A DNA stretch of 32,000 bases from Psychrobacter sp. HD31 (lineage in GTDB: Bacteria; Pseudomonadota; Gammaproteobacteria; Pseudomonadales; Moraxellaceae): positions 960,001 to 992,000 of the forward strand of contig NZ_CP142525.1 of NCBI RefSeq assembly GCF_051097895.1, given 5' to 3'. The notes beneath the pieces were generated by a model. It worked only from the letters and a program-made list of their open reading frames with translations, was not told the DNA's origin and searched no databases. The position numbers were made by a program, and so were the translations under genes. Below, piece after piece: positions 1 to 10,087 of the stretch (positions are counted from its first letter, which is position 1; each line of letters starts with the position of its first letter).

Positions 1-1509
1 TGGGAAGAAACGTTTGAAAGATGTTGTAAATTATCAGATGGGCTGCGTAAGTTAGGCATTGAAAAAAACCACACCGTAGCCATTATGTCGCCCAATACAC
101 CTGCAATGGTTGAAGCAGCATTTGGTGTGCCGATGTCTGGCGCTGTACTTTGCACCTTAAATACACGGTTAGACGCAAATGCGTTAACATTTTGTTTACA
201 GCATAGTGAAGCAAAAATATTAATCTTAGACAGTGAATTTGCACATTTGGCTGAAATACTTGATGAAACCTTCCCAGACTTAATTATTATCCATTCAACA
301 GACAAAGCCCTACCTAATGTTGAACAATTTGGCAAAATGACTTACGAGGCGCTTATTGCAAGCTCTGATGACCTAACCAATTGGGAAAAGCCAGAAGAGG
401 AATGGGATGCCATTTCATTAAACTATACCTCTGGCACAACGGGTGTACCAAAAGGGGTTGTCTACCATCACCGTGGGGCGACACTCAATGCCATTTCTAA
501 TATCTTAGACTGGGACATGCCTAAGTTTGCAACTTATTTATGGACGTTGCCGCTTTTTCATTGTAACGGTTGGTGCTTTCCTTGGTCAGTTGCAGAAAGA
601 GCCGCAACCAATGTTTGCCTGCGTCAAATTGATGCTAATCTAATTTTAAAATTAATTGCCAAACACTCAGTTACCCATTATTGCTCCGCCCCCGTTGTGC
701 ATACCATGATTGCCAGTGGCTCAGAAGAACTAAAAGCAGAAATTAACCATAAGGTTAAAGGTTGGGTGGCAGGTGCGCCACCCTCAGAAAGCATGCTAGA
801 AAAAATGGAAGCCATGGGCTTTGATATTACACACGTTTATGGGCTAACAGAGGTTTATGGTCCTGTTACTGTTTGTGCTGAGCATGATGAATGGAATGCA
901 CTAACCGTTCAAGAACGCGCAATTAAAAAGTCTCGTCAGGGTGTTGTTTCTCATTTAATGGCAGGTTTTGAGGTGTTTAAACAAGGGACAAACATACCTG
1001 TAGAAGCAAATGGTGAAGAGATGGGTGAGCTAGCTTTGCGTGGAAACATGGTGATGAAAGGCTACCTAAAAAGCCGCAAAGCCACAGATAAAGCCTTTGA
1101 AGGCGGTTGGTTCCGTTCTGGTGATTTGGGTGTTAAATATCCCGATGGCTATATCAAAATCATGGATAGGCTAAAAGATATTATTATCTCTGGTGGCGAA
1201 AACATCTCTAGTATTGAGGTAGAAAATATCTTATATAAACTTGATGAAGTTGTGAGTTGTGCCGTTGTTGCCGCCCCTCATGAAAAATGGGGAGAAGTAC
1301 CAGTCGCTTTTGTAGAAATTGCCGAAGGTCATACCCTATCACGTGAAGAAGTAATAGAACATTGCCGCCAACACTTGGCTGGCTTCCAAGTACCTAAACA
1401 CGTTATCTTTACCGAAACACCTAAAACCAGTACCGGTAAAGTACAAAAGTTTGAGTTACGTCAGGCGGCTAAATCATTAGCGCACGAAGAACCAAAAGTA
1501 ACACATTAA
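1..1509 (+). CDS. AMP-forming acyl-CoA synthetase / fatty-acid-CoA ligase family protein (5' end outside window)
   Basis: Frame 1 is open from base 1 (WEETFERCCKLSDGLRKLGIEKNHTVAIMSPN...), so the ATG at 85 is internal. It carries the AMP-binding signature LNYTSGTTGVPKGV, then GWFRSGDLG and a C-terminal TSTGKVQK, typical of adenylate-forming enzymes. Confidence 0.85.
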   Translation, partial: WEETFERCCKLSDGLRKLGIEKNHTVAIMSPNTPAMVEAAFGVPMSGAVLCTLNTRLDANALTFCLQHSEAKILILDSEFAHLAEILDETFPDLIIIHSTDKALPNVEQFGKMTYEALIASSDDLTNWEKPEEEWDAISLNYTSGTTGVPKGVVYHHRGATLNAISNILDWDMPKFATYLWTLPLFHCNGWCFPWSVAERAATNVCLRQIDANLILKLIAKHSVTHYCSAPVVHTMIASGSEELKAEINHKVKGWVAGAPPSESMLEKMEAMGFDITHVYGLTEVYGPVTVCAEHDEWNALTVQERAIKKSRQGVVSHLMAGFEVFKQGTNIPVEANGEEMGELALRGNMVMKGYLKSRKATDKAFEGGWFRSGDLGVKYPDGYIKIMDRLKDIIISGGENISSIEVENILYKLDEVVSCAVVAAPHEKWGEVPVAFVEIAEGHTLSREEVIEHCRQHLAGFQVPKHVIFTETPKTSTGKVQKFELRQAAKSLAHEEPKVTH

Positions 1510-1596
1510 CTTGGCTCATTGATTTAGCATATTAATTGAGTGCATTGATATTATTAGCGATGCGCTCAATAACAACATTTTTAGTTAAATGCACAC

Positions 1597-1628
1597 GGCT
1601 TTTAAAGTCCTGCTTCAAAAGCCTTTTA
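1597..1628 (+). terminator. Possible intrinsic terminator after the acyl-CoA synthetase gene
   Basis: GGCTTTT (1597-1603) pairs with AAAAGCC (1617-1623) and is followed by TTTT. The stem is short with a 13-nt loop, so this is weak. Confidence 0.35.
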
Positions 1629-1670
1629 CCACCTACAGCCTTTACCATCCATGTATCTAAAGTAATTCAG

Positions 1671-2864
1671 CTATTCCTTGTGCTTATTCATCAATTGGTT
1701 AACAATCAATATGGCTAATGATTGTACAACCACCAATGCAATTACAACCGCCTGCCATCGTCCTAACTGATATATCAAGCCACATACCCATGCACCCATA
1801 CTGCCACCAATATAATAGCTCATATAATATAACCCAGATGCTAATGATCGCCCTTTATTCACATTCATTGCAATATAGCTAATCGTTGCAGATTGACTAA
1901 TAAATATCCCACTAGACATGATGGCCAAACCCACCACAATTGCCCATAAAGGCTGAAACAAAGTCACAACAATGCCGCCTAACGCCACAGCAATGGCAAT
2001 ATTAACCGTTTTGGTTGTGCCAAATCTTTGTAATAACCAACTGGTTACTGGGGTAATAACAACCCCTAATAAATAAACAGCAAAAATATTGCCCAATTGA
2101 CCAGAAGACAAATAATAAGGGGCATGCGCTAAATGAAGATTAATAAAAGTAAAGCCACCCACTAAGGTAAACAACACACAAAACCCCAATAAACAGGCAC
2201 TTAATAAATACCGATTTTTGAGGTGTGACTTTAAAACGGTTATCGAAGATAAAAAGTTCGGATTCGCCTTAAAGTTTTTAGAATCTGGCAATGCCCATGC
2301 AATCCATGCTGCACTTAACAAAGTGACTAAGCCCATCCCTATTAAAGCATGCCGCCAGCCTACCCAGTCTTGCAAGTGACCTAACGTAAATCGCCCTAAA
2401 AACCCACCCATAACGGTACCAGATACGTAAAAAACCATGAGCTTTGTTAATGAACTATTTTGGTATTCTTCCCCCACATAAGCAATCGTAACAACCGTAA
2501 TACCTGGTATGGCAACACCTTGCAAAAAACGTAAAATCATCATGGTTTTTACATCCATTGCATATGCCATCCATATGGTAGGCACGGCTAATAGCATTAA
2601 TGATAAAGCAATGATACGTTTACGCCCTAAAGCATCTGAGACCATGCCAGTTACAGGCGACATAACAGCAACACCCATTACCGTCGCACCAACTAACAAC
2701 CCCGCTTTTAGTTCTGAAATACCAAATTCATCCATTAATACAGGCAAAATTGACTGGACAGAATACACCTGAAAAAATGCAAACATCCCAATTAGCCCGA
2801 TGGTTAGTCGGACTAATAAAGAGGTAGAACGGACTTTAGGTGTTTGAATTTGCTTGGGCTGCAT
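1671..2864 (-). CDS. MFS-family transporter
   Basis: 397-aa highly hydrophobic protein with about 12 predicted helices. It has the MFS loop motif DALGRKRII between helices 2 and 3, and an ATG start. Confidence 0.8.
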   Translation of the reverse strand: MQPKQIQTPKVRSTSLLVRLTIGLIGMFAFFQVYSVQSILPVLMDEFGISELKAGLLVGATVMGVAVMSPVTGMVSDALGRKRIIALSLMLLAVPTIWMAYAMDVKTMMILRFLQGVAIPGITVVTIAYVGEEYQNSSLTKLMVFYVSGTVMGGFLGRFTLGHLQDWVGWRHALIGMGLVTLLSAAWIAWALPDSKNFKANPNFLSSITVLKSHLKNRYLLSACLLGFCVLFTLVGGFTFINLHLAHAPYYLSSGQLGNIFAVYLLGVVITPVTSWLLQRFGTTKTVNIAIAVALGGIVVTLFQPLWAIVVGLAIMSSGIFISQSATISYIAMNVNKGRSLASGLYYMSYYIGGSMGAWVCGLIYQLGRWQAVVIALVVVQSLAILIVNQLMNKHKE

Positions 2865-3146
2865 AACTTTTAAATCTTAGCTTTTAAAACTTAATTATTT
2901 AATCAATAAGTCAAAAGTTGTCTATTAATGACGACAATGCCTGCTATACAACCATAAAACACCTTAAAAATCTAGCAACTTGTCATCTTTAAGTCTTTAA
3001 ATCACTAGCAATTTTTCATACAACCTATCTTTATCTTAAAGTTCAGTAAAACAATCTATCTTGCTGACTAGTGTTTATAAGCATTTAAGGGTAGAATATA
3101 GAGTTTTAAGATATTAATTTTTGCAACAAAATAAGCGACTGTTACC

Positions 3147-4325
3147 ATGCGTGATTACCAAATTTTTACTTCTGAATCTGTTAGCGAAGGTCATCCAGAT
3201 AAAATGGCCGATCAAATTTCTGATGCCATTTTAGACGCATTTTTAAAAGAAGACCCACATGCGCGTGTCGCTTGTGAGACTTTGGTTAAAACGGGTGCCG
3301 TTGTACTGGCGGGCGAGATTAGCTCAACTGCCAATGTTGATATAGAACGCATTGTACGAGATACCGTTAAAGGCATTGGTTATCAGCATTCAGACTTAGG
3401 GTTTGATGGCGAGACCTGTGCCGTGATTAACATGCTTGGTAAACAATCTCCAGAGATTGCACAAGGCGTTGACAGAGCAAAGCCAGAAGATCAGGGAGCC
3501 GGAGACCAAGGCTTAATGTTTGGCTATGCAAGCAACGAAACTGAGGTACTGATGCCTGCACCAATTGAGTACGCACACCGTTTGATGGAGCGTCAATCTC
3601 ACTTACGCCGTGCCGGTAAACTACCTTGGTTACGCCCTGATGCAAAAGCTCAAGTCACCTTACAATATGGCAAAAAAGAAGGTTTAGTTGTACCAACGGC
3701 AATCGACGCCGTCGTTTTATCTACTCAACACGACCCAAGTATCTCTCAAAAAGATTTACAAGAAGCGGTAATGGAAGAAATCATTAAAACCGTGATACCA
3801 GCCGATTTGTTACATGCCAATACACAGTATCATATCAACCCTACTGGTTTATTTGTTATTGGTGGCCCTGTTGGTGATGCAGGCTTAACTGGACGTAAAA
3901 TTATTGTCGATACCTACGGTGGTATGGCACGCCACGGTGGCGGTGCTTTTAGTGGTAAAGACCCCTCAAAAGTTGATCGCAGTGCTGCCTACGCAGGACG
4001 TTATGTTGCAAAAAACATTGTTGCAGCTGGTTTAGCCGATCGCTGTGAGGTACAAGTCAGCTACGCTATTGGCGTTGCCGAACCAACATCTATCTCAATC
4101 AACACTTTTGGTACTGCCAAAATTGAAAAAGCAGCCATGATTGAGCTAGTACGTAAACATTTTGATTTACGCCCATATGGTATTACTCGTATGCTTGATT
4201 TGCTTCAACCCATGTACCAACAAACAGCAAGCTATGGTCACTTTGGGCGTGAAGGTACAGAAAATGCCTTTACTTGGGAGCGTTTAGACAAAGCTGCTGC
4301 GTTAAAAGCGGATGCTGGGCTGTAA
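3147..4325 (+). CDS. metK: S-adenosylmethionine synthetase
   Basis: N-terminus [37 protein letters not shown] and [19 protein letters not shown] are near-identical to canonical MetK motifs. The length (392 aa) is typical. Confidence 0.97.
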   Translation: MRDYQIFTSESVSEGHPDKMADQISDAILDAFLKEDPHARVACETLVKTGAVVLAGEISSTANVDIERIVRDTVKGIGYQHSDLGFDGETCAVINMLGKQSPEIAQGVDRAKPEDQGAGDQGLMFGYASNETEVLMPAPIEYAHRLMERQSHLRRAGKLPWLRPDAKAQVTLQYGKKEGLVVPTAIDAVVLSTQHDPSISQKDLQEAVMEEIIKTVIPADLLHANTQYHINPTGLFVIGGPVGDAGLTGRKIIVDTYGGMARHGGGAFSGKDPSKVDRSAAYAGRYVAKNIVAAGLADRCEVQVSYAIGVAEPTSISINTFGTAKIEKAAMIELVRKHFDLRPYGITRMLDLLQPMYQQTASYGHFGREGTENAFTWERLDKAAALKADAGL

Positions 4326-4370
4326 ACACAATTAGCACTTTTGCCATATAACAAAATTTTGAGGGAAACC

Positions 4371-4730
4371 ATGACAAACACAAATGAGTCTATCGAAAAC
4401 CAACCACTAGAAAATGAGATTTCTGAAATCAGCCCAGAAATGCAGGCATTTTTTCAACGTGCTGACAGTTTTATTCAACTGGCAAATAGCCAGTTAAGTC
4501 CAGAGGCGCATACCGCACAGGTGAGTGCTTCATTAATGTACTCATCTGCTCGTTATAGTGCATCGGTTGCTTCTATTGGTTTTAGCAATGCTGATGATTT
4601 TATAAAAGAAAAACAACAAATAATCGACTTTTATAGCAAGCAATTTAGTCAAATGTTATCAGATAATTTAGATGATTATGCTCGCAACTTTGACAACTAT
4701 GCCAAACTTAATGCGGATAACGCTAAATAA
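4371..4730 (+). CDS. Small acidic helical protein of unknown function (resembles the DUF3144 family from memory)
   Basis: The ATG at 4371 is preceded by GAGGGA, whereas the track start at 4341 is a TTG without a Shine-Dalgarno. Segments FFQRADSFIQLANSQ, VSASLMYSSARYSA and FYSKQFSQMLSDNLDDY match my recollection of DUF3144. This is unverified. Confidence 0.6.
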   Translation: MTNTNESIENQPLENEISEISPEMQAFFQRADSFIQLANSQLSPEAHTAQVSASLMYSSARYSASVASIGFSNADDFIKEKQQIIDFYSKQFSQMLSDNLDDYARNFDNYAKLNADNAK

Positions 4731-4762
4731 ACACTAGCTATAGCATAAAACATCATAAAACT

Positions 4763-4796
4763 AAAAATGCCTTTCTTAATTCAAAAAGGCATTTTT
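4763..4796. terminator. Bidirectional intrinsic terminator between convergent genes
   Basis: An 11-bp stem, AAAATGCCTTT (4764-4774) pairing with AAAGGCATTTT (4785-4795), has an A-run on one side and a T-run on the other. It lies between the stops at 4730 (+) and 4818 (-). Confidence 0.7.
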
Positions 4797-4817
4797 GATT
4801 GATTTGATAATCAACGA

Positions 4818-5369
4818 TCATACACCACAATTGCTTACAGATTCTGTGACAAAAGCAGATATCGTTAAGCTAATGTGACCATCACTTTTGGTCGCTTGCT
4901 CAAATTTTTTACCAAGCGCACTATTGGTAAAATCAACAATGTCGGCTTCTTGTTTTGGCATCAGTTTAACACCTTGCGTCATATCACCACCTGATAACAA
5001 ACTGGCAATCTGCATGCGTGTTGCCTTGCTTGCTGCTTTTGCGGATTCAGAATCAAAGAATTTATCTAACTCACTTAATTCATTTTCGGTAAACTTATAA
5101 CGTAACATCCCTTGCACTTTTTTTGCCATCTTAGTTAAGTTAACTTGATCGATGCACTGTTTTTGGCTATCCGTTAAACTGGGATCGGCTTTAATAATAG
5201 GCAGTCGCATAGATTCGGCAACTAAAATTTCTTTGGTAGTGGCACCAATCACATTATCCGATACACTTGGCTTAACAAGCGTTGATGTGTTTGTGCTGGC
5301 ACATCCTATTAACGGTAGTGTAAATATGGCTAATGCCACTGATAAAAGCTTTGTTGTAAGATTTTCCAT
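4818..5369 (-). CDS. Lipoprotein of unknown function
   Basis: The signal peptide ends in the lipobox LPLIGC|AS. The mature protein is hydrophilic, and the segment FTENELSELDKFFDSESAKA is reminiscent of DUF2059-type periplasmic proteins (weak, from memory). Confidence 0.7.
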   Translation of the reverse strand: MENLTTKLLSVALAIFTLPLIGCASTNTSTLVKPSVSDNVIGATTKEILVAESMRLPIIKADPSLTDSQKQCIDQVNLTKMAKKVQGMLRYKFTENELSELDKFFDSESAKAASKATRMQIASLLSGGDMTQGVKLMPKQEADIVDFTNSALGKKFEQATKSDGHISLTISAFVTESVSNCGV

Positions 5370-5393
5370 CTTGTTTTGCCTTACCTATAAATT

Positions 5394-5774
5394 CTATTTA
5401 ATCAATTGCCAAAATGCCCATAACAATACTGCCACGACCATTAAAAAAATCGCCACCCTTTTTAGCCAATATGGGAACAATGGTTTTTTATAGCCTTCTG
5501 CCACAAACTTTTTATCAACACCATGTTGTAGGGTATTAAACGAGTTTGTTTGGGTTTTTAAGCTTTTGGACTGTTTTTCTACAATTTTTTGTTGGTCAAG
5601 CTGTTGCTTTTGCTTTAACTGCTCTTCGTAGGCATCAATTCTATCTTTTGCCTCGTCAAAACTGATATTTTCTTCTTCTACCAGTGTTTTAATAGCAATC
5701 ACAAAGTTGTTTTTTTCTACCATTTGCGCAATGTTTTTTGGCAATTTTTTTGTTGTTTGTTTAGACACAAGCAC
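5394..5774 (-). CDS. Tail-anchored membrane protein with an N-terminal L7/L12 C-terminal-domain-like motif
   Basis: GTG start with GAGG about 7 nt upstream. NNFVIAIKTLVEEENISFDEAKDRID resembles [25 protein letters not shown] of ribosomal protein L7/L12. A K/Q-rich linker and one C-terminal TM helix (VAIFLMVVAVLLWAFWQLI) follow. Confidence 0.6.
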   Translation of the reverse strand: MLVSKQTTKKLPKNIAQMVEKNNFVIAIKTLVEEENISFDEAKDRIDAYEEQLKQKQQLDQQKIVEKQSKSLKTQTNSFNTLQHGVDKKFVAEGYKKPLFPYWLKRVAIFLMVVAVLLWAFWQLIK

Positions 5775-5804
5775 AACCTCAACTTATTTACTGAATAAAA
5801 AACC

Positions 5805-5840
5805 ACAAGCTTAACGTTAAACTTGTGGTTATTATAACAT
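5805..5840 (-). terminator. Intrinsic terminator after ppa
   Basis: On the minus strand, AACCACAAG pairs with CTTGTGGTT (5811-5819 with 5832-5840) and is followed by a T-run (complement of A 5806-5810). It lies 40 nt below the ppa stop. Confidence 0.65.
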
Positions 5841-5881
5841 TCCTAAAAAACAGGATGCCTAACAATGATACAACTCAATCA

Positions 5882-6415
5882 TTACGCTTCATCTTTCCAG
5901 CGTTGGATCGCATCATAAATAACTTGTTTAGCAGCATCTGCATCTTCCCAACTTTCTACAACCGTTGTGCCTGCTTTTTTCAAGTCTTTATAATGGTTGA
6001 AATGGAACTCTAATTGTTTAATCAATTGCTCTGGTAGGTCAGCTAGGCTATTAATCGCATTGCCATTGTTGCGGTCATCAGCAGGTACTACCACGACTTT
6101 ATCGTCAACTTCACCATCGTCAACAAACTTCATCACGCCAATAACTTTTGCTTCTAAAAATACACCTGTGGTTAATGGTTGATCTGTAATAATCAGCGCA
6201 TCTAATTCATCACCATCTTCATCTAAGGTTTGAGGTAAAAACCCATAATTACATGGCTTAGCAAAAATAGTTGGCTCTACGCGATCAAGCTGAAAGCACG
6301 CTAATTTACGGTTCCATTCTACTTTATGGTTGCTACCTTCTGGAATTTCTACAACCACATTCACGATGCCATTTTCTACATCACCAGCGTCCAAGATTTT
6401 GTTAAAATCTGCCAT
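5882..6415 (-). CDS. ppa: Inorganic pyrophosphatase
   Basis: 177 aa. VVVEIPEGSNHKVEW, CNYGFLPQTLDEDGDELDALI, VVVVPADD and HFNHYKDLKK match family I soluble PPase. Confidence 0.95.
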   Translation of the reverse strand: MADFNKILDAGDVENGIVNVVVEIPEGSNHKVEWNRKLACFQLDRVEPTIFAKPCNYGFLPQTLDEDGDELDALIITDQPLTTGVFLEAKVIGVMKFVDDGEVDDKVVVVPADDRNNGNAINSLADLPEQLIKQLEFHFNHYKDLKKAGTTVVESWEDADAAKQVIYDAIQRWKDEA

Positions 6416-6518
6416 TATTATTCCTTAATATTAAATTAAAAGTTAAAAACCAAAAAAGTATAACATAACTTAATTTTATTTTGTCAATCAAAATTGCGCA
6501 TTTAAACCCATGGTTTTG

Positions 6519-7232
6519 CTATCTTAATACAATTTCACCTGCATGTCGCTTAGCAATATTTGCAACCAGCTCATCTGCAATTTGCTGATTATTTATGGTT
6601 GCAAAATCTGCAAGTCTTAACATTTGCATACCTGCATAACCACAGGGGTTGATTAGGTTAAACGCAGCCAAATCACAGCTTAAGTTTAACGCAATACCGT
6701 GATAACTAAATCCCTGTTTAATTTTAAAACCCAGTGATGCAATTTTACCTAACATACGCTCTTCTAACGCTATTGCTTGGTTATCTTGATTCTTTTGAAA
6801 AATATAAACACCGGGCGCATCTTGCCGAGCTTTTGCCATTAAATCTTTTGGTAAATATTGATTAACCACATCTTCAATTGCTTGTTCGGCATGGGACACT
6901 AAATCACGCACCTTCCAGCCAAGCGCATTTAAATCTAACAAAAAATAAACCACTAATTGCCCATGCCCATGCCAAGTTACCTGCCCACCACGGTCGGTTT
7001 TTATAATGGGCGTATTACCACGCGCCAAGATGTGCTCTTCTTTACCTGCCTGACCAAGCGTAAACACATCATTATGGTCTACTATCCATAACTCATCATC
7101 GGTTTGTTGATTATCTTGTTTTTTCGCCTCTATGCGTGCCAGTGTTTGTGACAACATAGCATCATGCGTTGTTTGGTAATCTGCATTTACCAACTCTTTT
7201 GTTATTAATTTTTTTTGAATACACATACCCAT
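6519..7232 (-). CDS. lipB: Octanoyltransferase (lipoyl(octanoyl) transferase)
   Basis: VFTLGQAGKEEHIL, TDRGGQVTWHGHGQLVVY, FSYHGIALNL and INPCGYAGM match LipB motifs. I placed the start at ATG 7232 (MGMCIQKK), but the GTG at 7274 or the ATG at 7226 are alternatives. Confidence 0.88.
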   Translation of the reverse strand: MGMCIQKKLITKELVNADYQTTHDAMLSQTLARIEAKKQDNQQTDDELWIVDHNDVFTLGQAGKEEHILARGNTPIIKTDRGGQVTWHGHGQLVVYFLLDLNALGWKVRDLVSHAEQAIEDVVNQYLPKDLMAKARQDAPGVYIFQKNQDNQAIALEERMLGKIASLGFKIKQGFSYHGIALNLSCDLAAFNLINPCGYAGMQMLRLADFATINNQQIADELVANIAKRHAGEIVLR

Positions 7233-7279
7233 TGTCTTTAGTATCTTGTTTATAGCTGTCTTTATTTTATACACAGATA

Positions 7280-7954
7280 TTATGCGCTTGGCAACTTTGC
7301 AGAGCGCATACGCCGTAAAATAATACGTTGTTTGTTTCTAAGGCGTTTACTACCCATGTTATTTTGATAATATTTTGGATTAGTTAACATACTAATTAAA
7401 AGTGCCGATTCTTCTCTAACCAACTTTTTAGCAGGTTTATTAAAGTAGTGTTGGGCCGCTGCTTCAATACCATAAATGCCATTGCCAAACTCTGCTGTGT
7501 TTAAATAAACTGCCAAAATTCTTTTTTTATCCCACATCTGTTCTATCATCACCGTAATGACGGCTTCTTCTGCTTTTCGGATATAAGAGCGATGCGATGT
7601 TAAAAACAAATTTTTTGCAAGTTGTTGGCTGATGGTCGAACCCCCAGCTGATATTTCACCACTATTTTGATTTTTTTTAATTGCCTGTTCAATGCCATCA
7701 AAATCAAAGCCATTATGGTGAATAAATTTAGCGTCTTCACTGGCAATAGCCGCTTGTTTTGCAGATTTAGAAATTTCATCATAATCTACCCAAGTTTGTT
7801 GTATACTACCGCCCTGCAAACGGTGTAACAGCATAAACATACTATTATTGACAGGTTGCGTCTTCCATACCAGTAACATACCACCAACTAAAATATGAAA
7901 ACATATTAGCAATAGCCCGCCAAGCCATATTATTTTTTTAAAAAAGTTCATCAT
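7280..7954 (-). CDS. mtgA: Monofunctional biosynthetic peptidoglycan transglycosylase
   Basis: N-terminal TM helix, then AIASEDAKFIHHNGFD, GGSTISQQLAKNLFL and KKRILAVYLNTAEFGNGIYGIEAAAQHYF (GT51 motifs). I placed the start at ATG 7954 (MMNFFKK) because the track start at 7990 is a TTG. Confidence 0.9.
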   Translation of the reverse strand: MMNFFKKIIWLGGLLLICFHILVGGMLLVWKTQPVNNSMFMLLHRLQGGSIQQTWVDYDEISKSAKQAAIASEDAKFIHHNGFDFDGIEQAIKKNQNSGEISAGGSTISQQLAKNLFLTSHRSYIRKAEEAVITVMIEQMWDKKRILAVYLNTAEFGNGIYGIEAAAQHYFNKPAKKLVREESALLISMLTNPKYYQNNMGSKRLRNKQRIILRRMRSAKLPSA

Positions 7955-8193
7955 AGTGCCTATTATGAGGTCGTCATACAAGTAAAACAAATTATTTTTT
8001 CAATAAAAAGAAGCGTTTATATTTTCATTAAAAATATCATTTGTAATTAGAGAAACTTTTGTCATAAAATTGCAACATTAGACAAACCATTATTCATTTA
8101 AGTTTAATAAATTATTCAATTATTTTAAACGATATTACAAGACTTATGTTTAATTACAACACATATATTTAATAGTTTTACAAGGAGGTTATT

Positions 8194-9960
8194 ATGTATG
8201 TTTTATTGGCGCTAATGCCGATTTTAGTCGTGTTTCTGTTGTTGGTGGTATTTAAACTTTCTGCCAAAGTAGCTATGTTTACTGCTTATGTGGTAACCGC
8301 AGCACTTGCTTTATTTGTTTGGCAAGCAGGTGCTCCAATCGTAGCGGCCGCGAGTGTTAAAGGCGTTATTGTTGCGCTTTCTATTTTATTTATTGTCTTT
8401 TCTGCAATTTTACTTCTAAATACTTTAAAAGAAAGTGGTGCCATCCATACCATCCGTAAAGGGTTTATGGATATTTCACCGGACCGCCGTGTACAAGTCA
8501 TCATCGTTGCATGGTTATTCTGTTCATTGGTTGAAGGTTCTTCAGGTTTTGGTACGCCATCTGCTGTTGGTGCGCCGCTTTTATTTGCCTTGGGCTTCCC
8601 TGCAATGGCGTGTGTGATGTCCGTACTGATTATCCAATCAACACCTGTATCTTTTGGTGCTGTAGGTACGCCTCTACTTTTAGGGGTTAACTCAGGCATC
8701 AGTGGAAAAGAAGACATTGCAGCAGCCATCGCTCCAATGACACCAGAGCAGTATTTACTACAAATTACTGGCAACGTTGGTATGTTGCACGCGATGATTG
8801 GTTTCTTAATTCCTCTTATCTTAAGTGCTTTCTTAACTCGTTTCTTTGGCGAAAAACGTTCATTCGTAGAAGGCTTAAAAGCAGCACCTTTTGCAATTTT
8901 TGCTGGTTTAGCATTTACCATTCCTTACTTCTTAGTCGCTAAATATTTAGGTCCTGAGTTTCCATCACTGGTCGGTGGTTTCATCGGTCTACTAATTGTT
9001 GTGCCTGCGGCTAAAGCTGGATTTTTGGTACCAAAAGAAACATTTGATTTTGCGCCACGTGCAGCATGGGATAAAGATTGGTTAGGTACATTGCCAGCTG
9101 AAGAAGCTGAAAAAGAAGCAAATGATGACTCTACACCTAGATTCTCTATCGTAAGAGCGTTTTCACCATACTTAATTGTGATTGGTTTGTTAATTTTGAC
9201 TCGTATCATTGCACCACTAAAAGCATTTTTAGTTGGTGATATGACAACTATTAAATTTGCTAACTTATTTGGTACCAGCATTTCTAGTAAAATTCAACTT
9301 GCCTATTCGCCAGGTTCTATATTAATCATCACCTCTTTACTTTGTATTATCATCTTTAGCATGAACGGCGCTGCTGTTAAACGCAGCTGGTCAAACTCAG
9401 CTAAAACGATGGTTGCAGCTGCCCCTGCCTTATTATGCTCTGTTCCAATGGTACAAGTGTTTATTAACTCAGGTTCTGCTGAAGGTATTGCTAATGCATT
9501 ACCAGCGATGCCAATCTTCCTAGCAGAAAGTGCGGCTGCTACTTTTGCAAATGCATGGCCTATTTTCTCGCCGTGGATTGGTGCACTAGGCGCATTTATT
9601 GCTGGCTCTAATACGGTTAGTAACATGATGTTCTCTTACTTCCAGTGGTCAACAGCTGGTCAAATTGGACTCGGTGTTGATATGGCATCAATGGTAGTTG
9701 CTTTACAGGCTATTGGTGGTGCTGCGGGTAACATGATTTCTGTTCATAACGTTGTGGCTGCTTGTGCGGTTGTCGGTATGATCAACAAAGAAGGCTTTGT
9801 TATTCGTAAAACATTACTGGCAATGACTTACTATGTGATTCAAGCCGGTATGCTTGGTATGGCGTTAATTTTTGGTAATGTACTATGGTGGGGACTTGCC
9901 GTTGTTTGGCCAATTGTGTTCTTTACCATTTTATCCGCCACCAGTGGTAAATCAGCTTAA
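8194..9960 (+). CDS. lldP: L-lactate permease (LctP family)
   Basis: 588-aa polytopic membrane protein with a strong RBS (AAGGAGG) before the ATG. It shows LctP-like segments (EGSSGFGTPSAVGAPLL, GSNTVSNMMF) and lies directly upstream of lldD. Confidence 0.9.
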   Translation: MYVLLALMPILVVFLLLVVFKLSAKVAMFTAYVVTAALALFVWQAGAPIVAAASVKGVIVALSILFIVFSAILLLNTLKESGAIHTIRKGFMDISPDRRVQVIIVAWLFCSLVEGSSGFGTPSAVGAPLLFALGFPAMACVMSVLIIQSTPVSFGAVGTPLLLGVNSGISGKEDIAAAIAPMTPEQYLLQITGNVGMLHAMIGFLIPLILSAFLTRFFGEKRSFVEGLKAAPFAIFAGLAFTIPYFLVAKYLGPEFPSLVGGFIGLLIVVPAAKAGFLVPKETFDFAPRAAWDKDWLGTLPAEEAEKEANDDSTPRFSIVRAFSPYLIVIGLLILTRIIAPLKAFLVGDMTTIKFANLFGTSISSKIQLAYSPGSILIITSLLCIIIFSMNGAAVKRSWSNSAKTMVAAAPALLCSVPMVQVFINSGSAEGIANALPAMPIFLAESAAATFANAWPIFSPWIGALGAFIAGSNTVSNMMFSYFQWSTAGQIGLGVDMASMVVALQAIGGAAGNMISVHNVVAACAVVGMINKEGFVIRKTLLAMTYYVIQAGMLGMALIFGNVLWWGLAVVWPIVFFTILSATSGKSA

Positions 9961-9987
9961 TACTTAATCTGATTTGTATGATAGATT

Positions 9988-10021
9988 AATTGTGAGCTGG
10001 GGGTTACCTTAGCTCACAATT
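9988..10021 (+). terminator. Long perfect hairpin after lldP (terminator or operator-like palindrome)
   Basis: AATTGTGAGCT (9988-9998) pairs with AGCTCACAATT (10011-10021). The stem extends through two G-T wobbles and two G-C pairs to a GTTA tetraloop. The downstream sequence GTCATTTTAAAA is only a partial T-tract. Confidence 0.5.
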
Positions 10022-10087
10022 GTCATTTTAAAATGGCTAAAATAACTACCCCCAGAGGTTAAATAACTTTAGATACTGGGGTTTGGA

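Noticed and set aside
219-230. ATTAATCTTAGA, identical to 12 nt of the candidate regulator box at 19750-19761
   Set aside because: It is intragenic within the acyl-CoA synthetase gene and lacks the upstream TTTAAK half-site at N5 spacing. It is probably coincidental.
2509-2772. 87-aa plus-strand ORF inside the MFS transporter gene, and similar short ORFs at 1536-1718, 3427-3645, 4888-5100, 5152-5493, 5825-6182 and 7600-7782
   Set aside because: They overlap better-supported genes on the opposite strand or in another frame, are short, and show no motifs.
2865-3146. Looked for a SAM riboswitch or MetJ-type operator upstream of metK
   Set aside because: I saw no conserved SAM-riboswitch helices or pseudoknot core and no AGACGTCT-like metboxes. 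The region looks like plain AT-rich promoter DNA.
8286-9626. Three long minus-strand ORFs (8286-8921, 8925-9281, 9303-9626) inside lldP
   Set aside because: They lie antisense to a clearly recognisable permease gene. Their translations are low-complexity (A/P/S/K-rich) with no motifs, typical of shadow ORFs opposite a hydrophobic-protein gene.
9988-10021. Resemblance of AATTGTGAGC to the lac operator half-site
   Set aside because: There is no LacI-family gene in the window. The element folds into a long RNA hairpin right after a stop codon, so a terminator or REP-like role is more economical.
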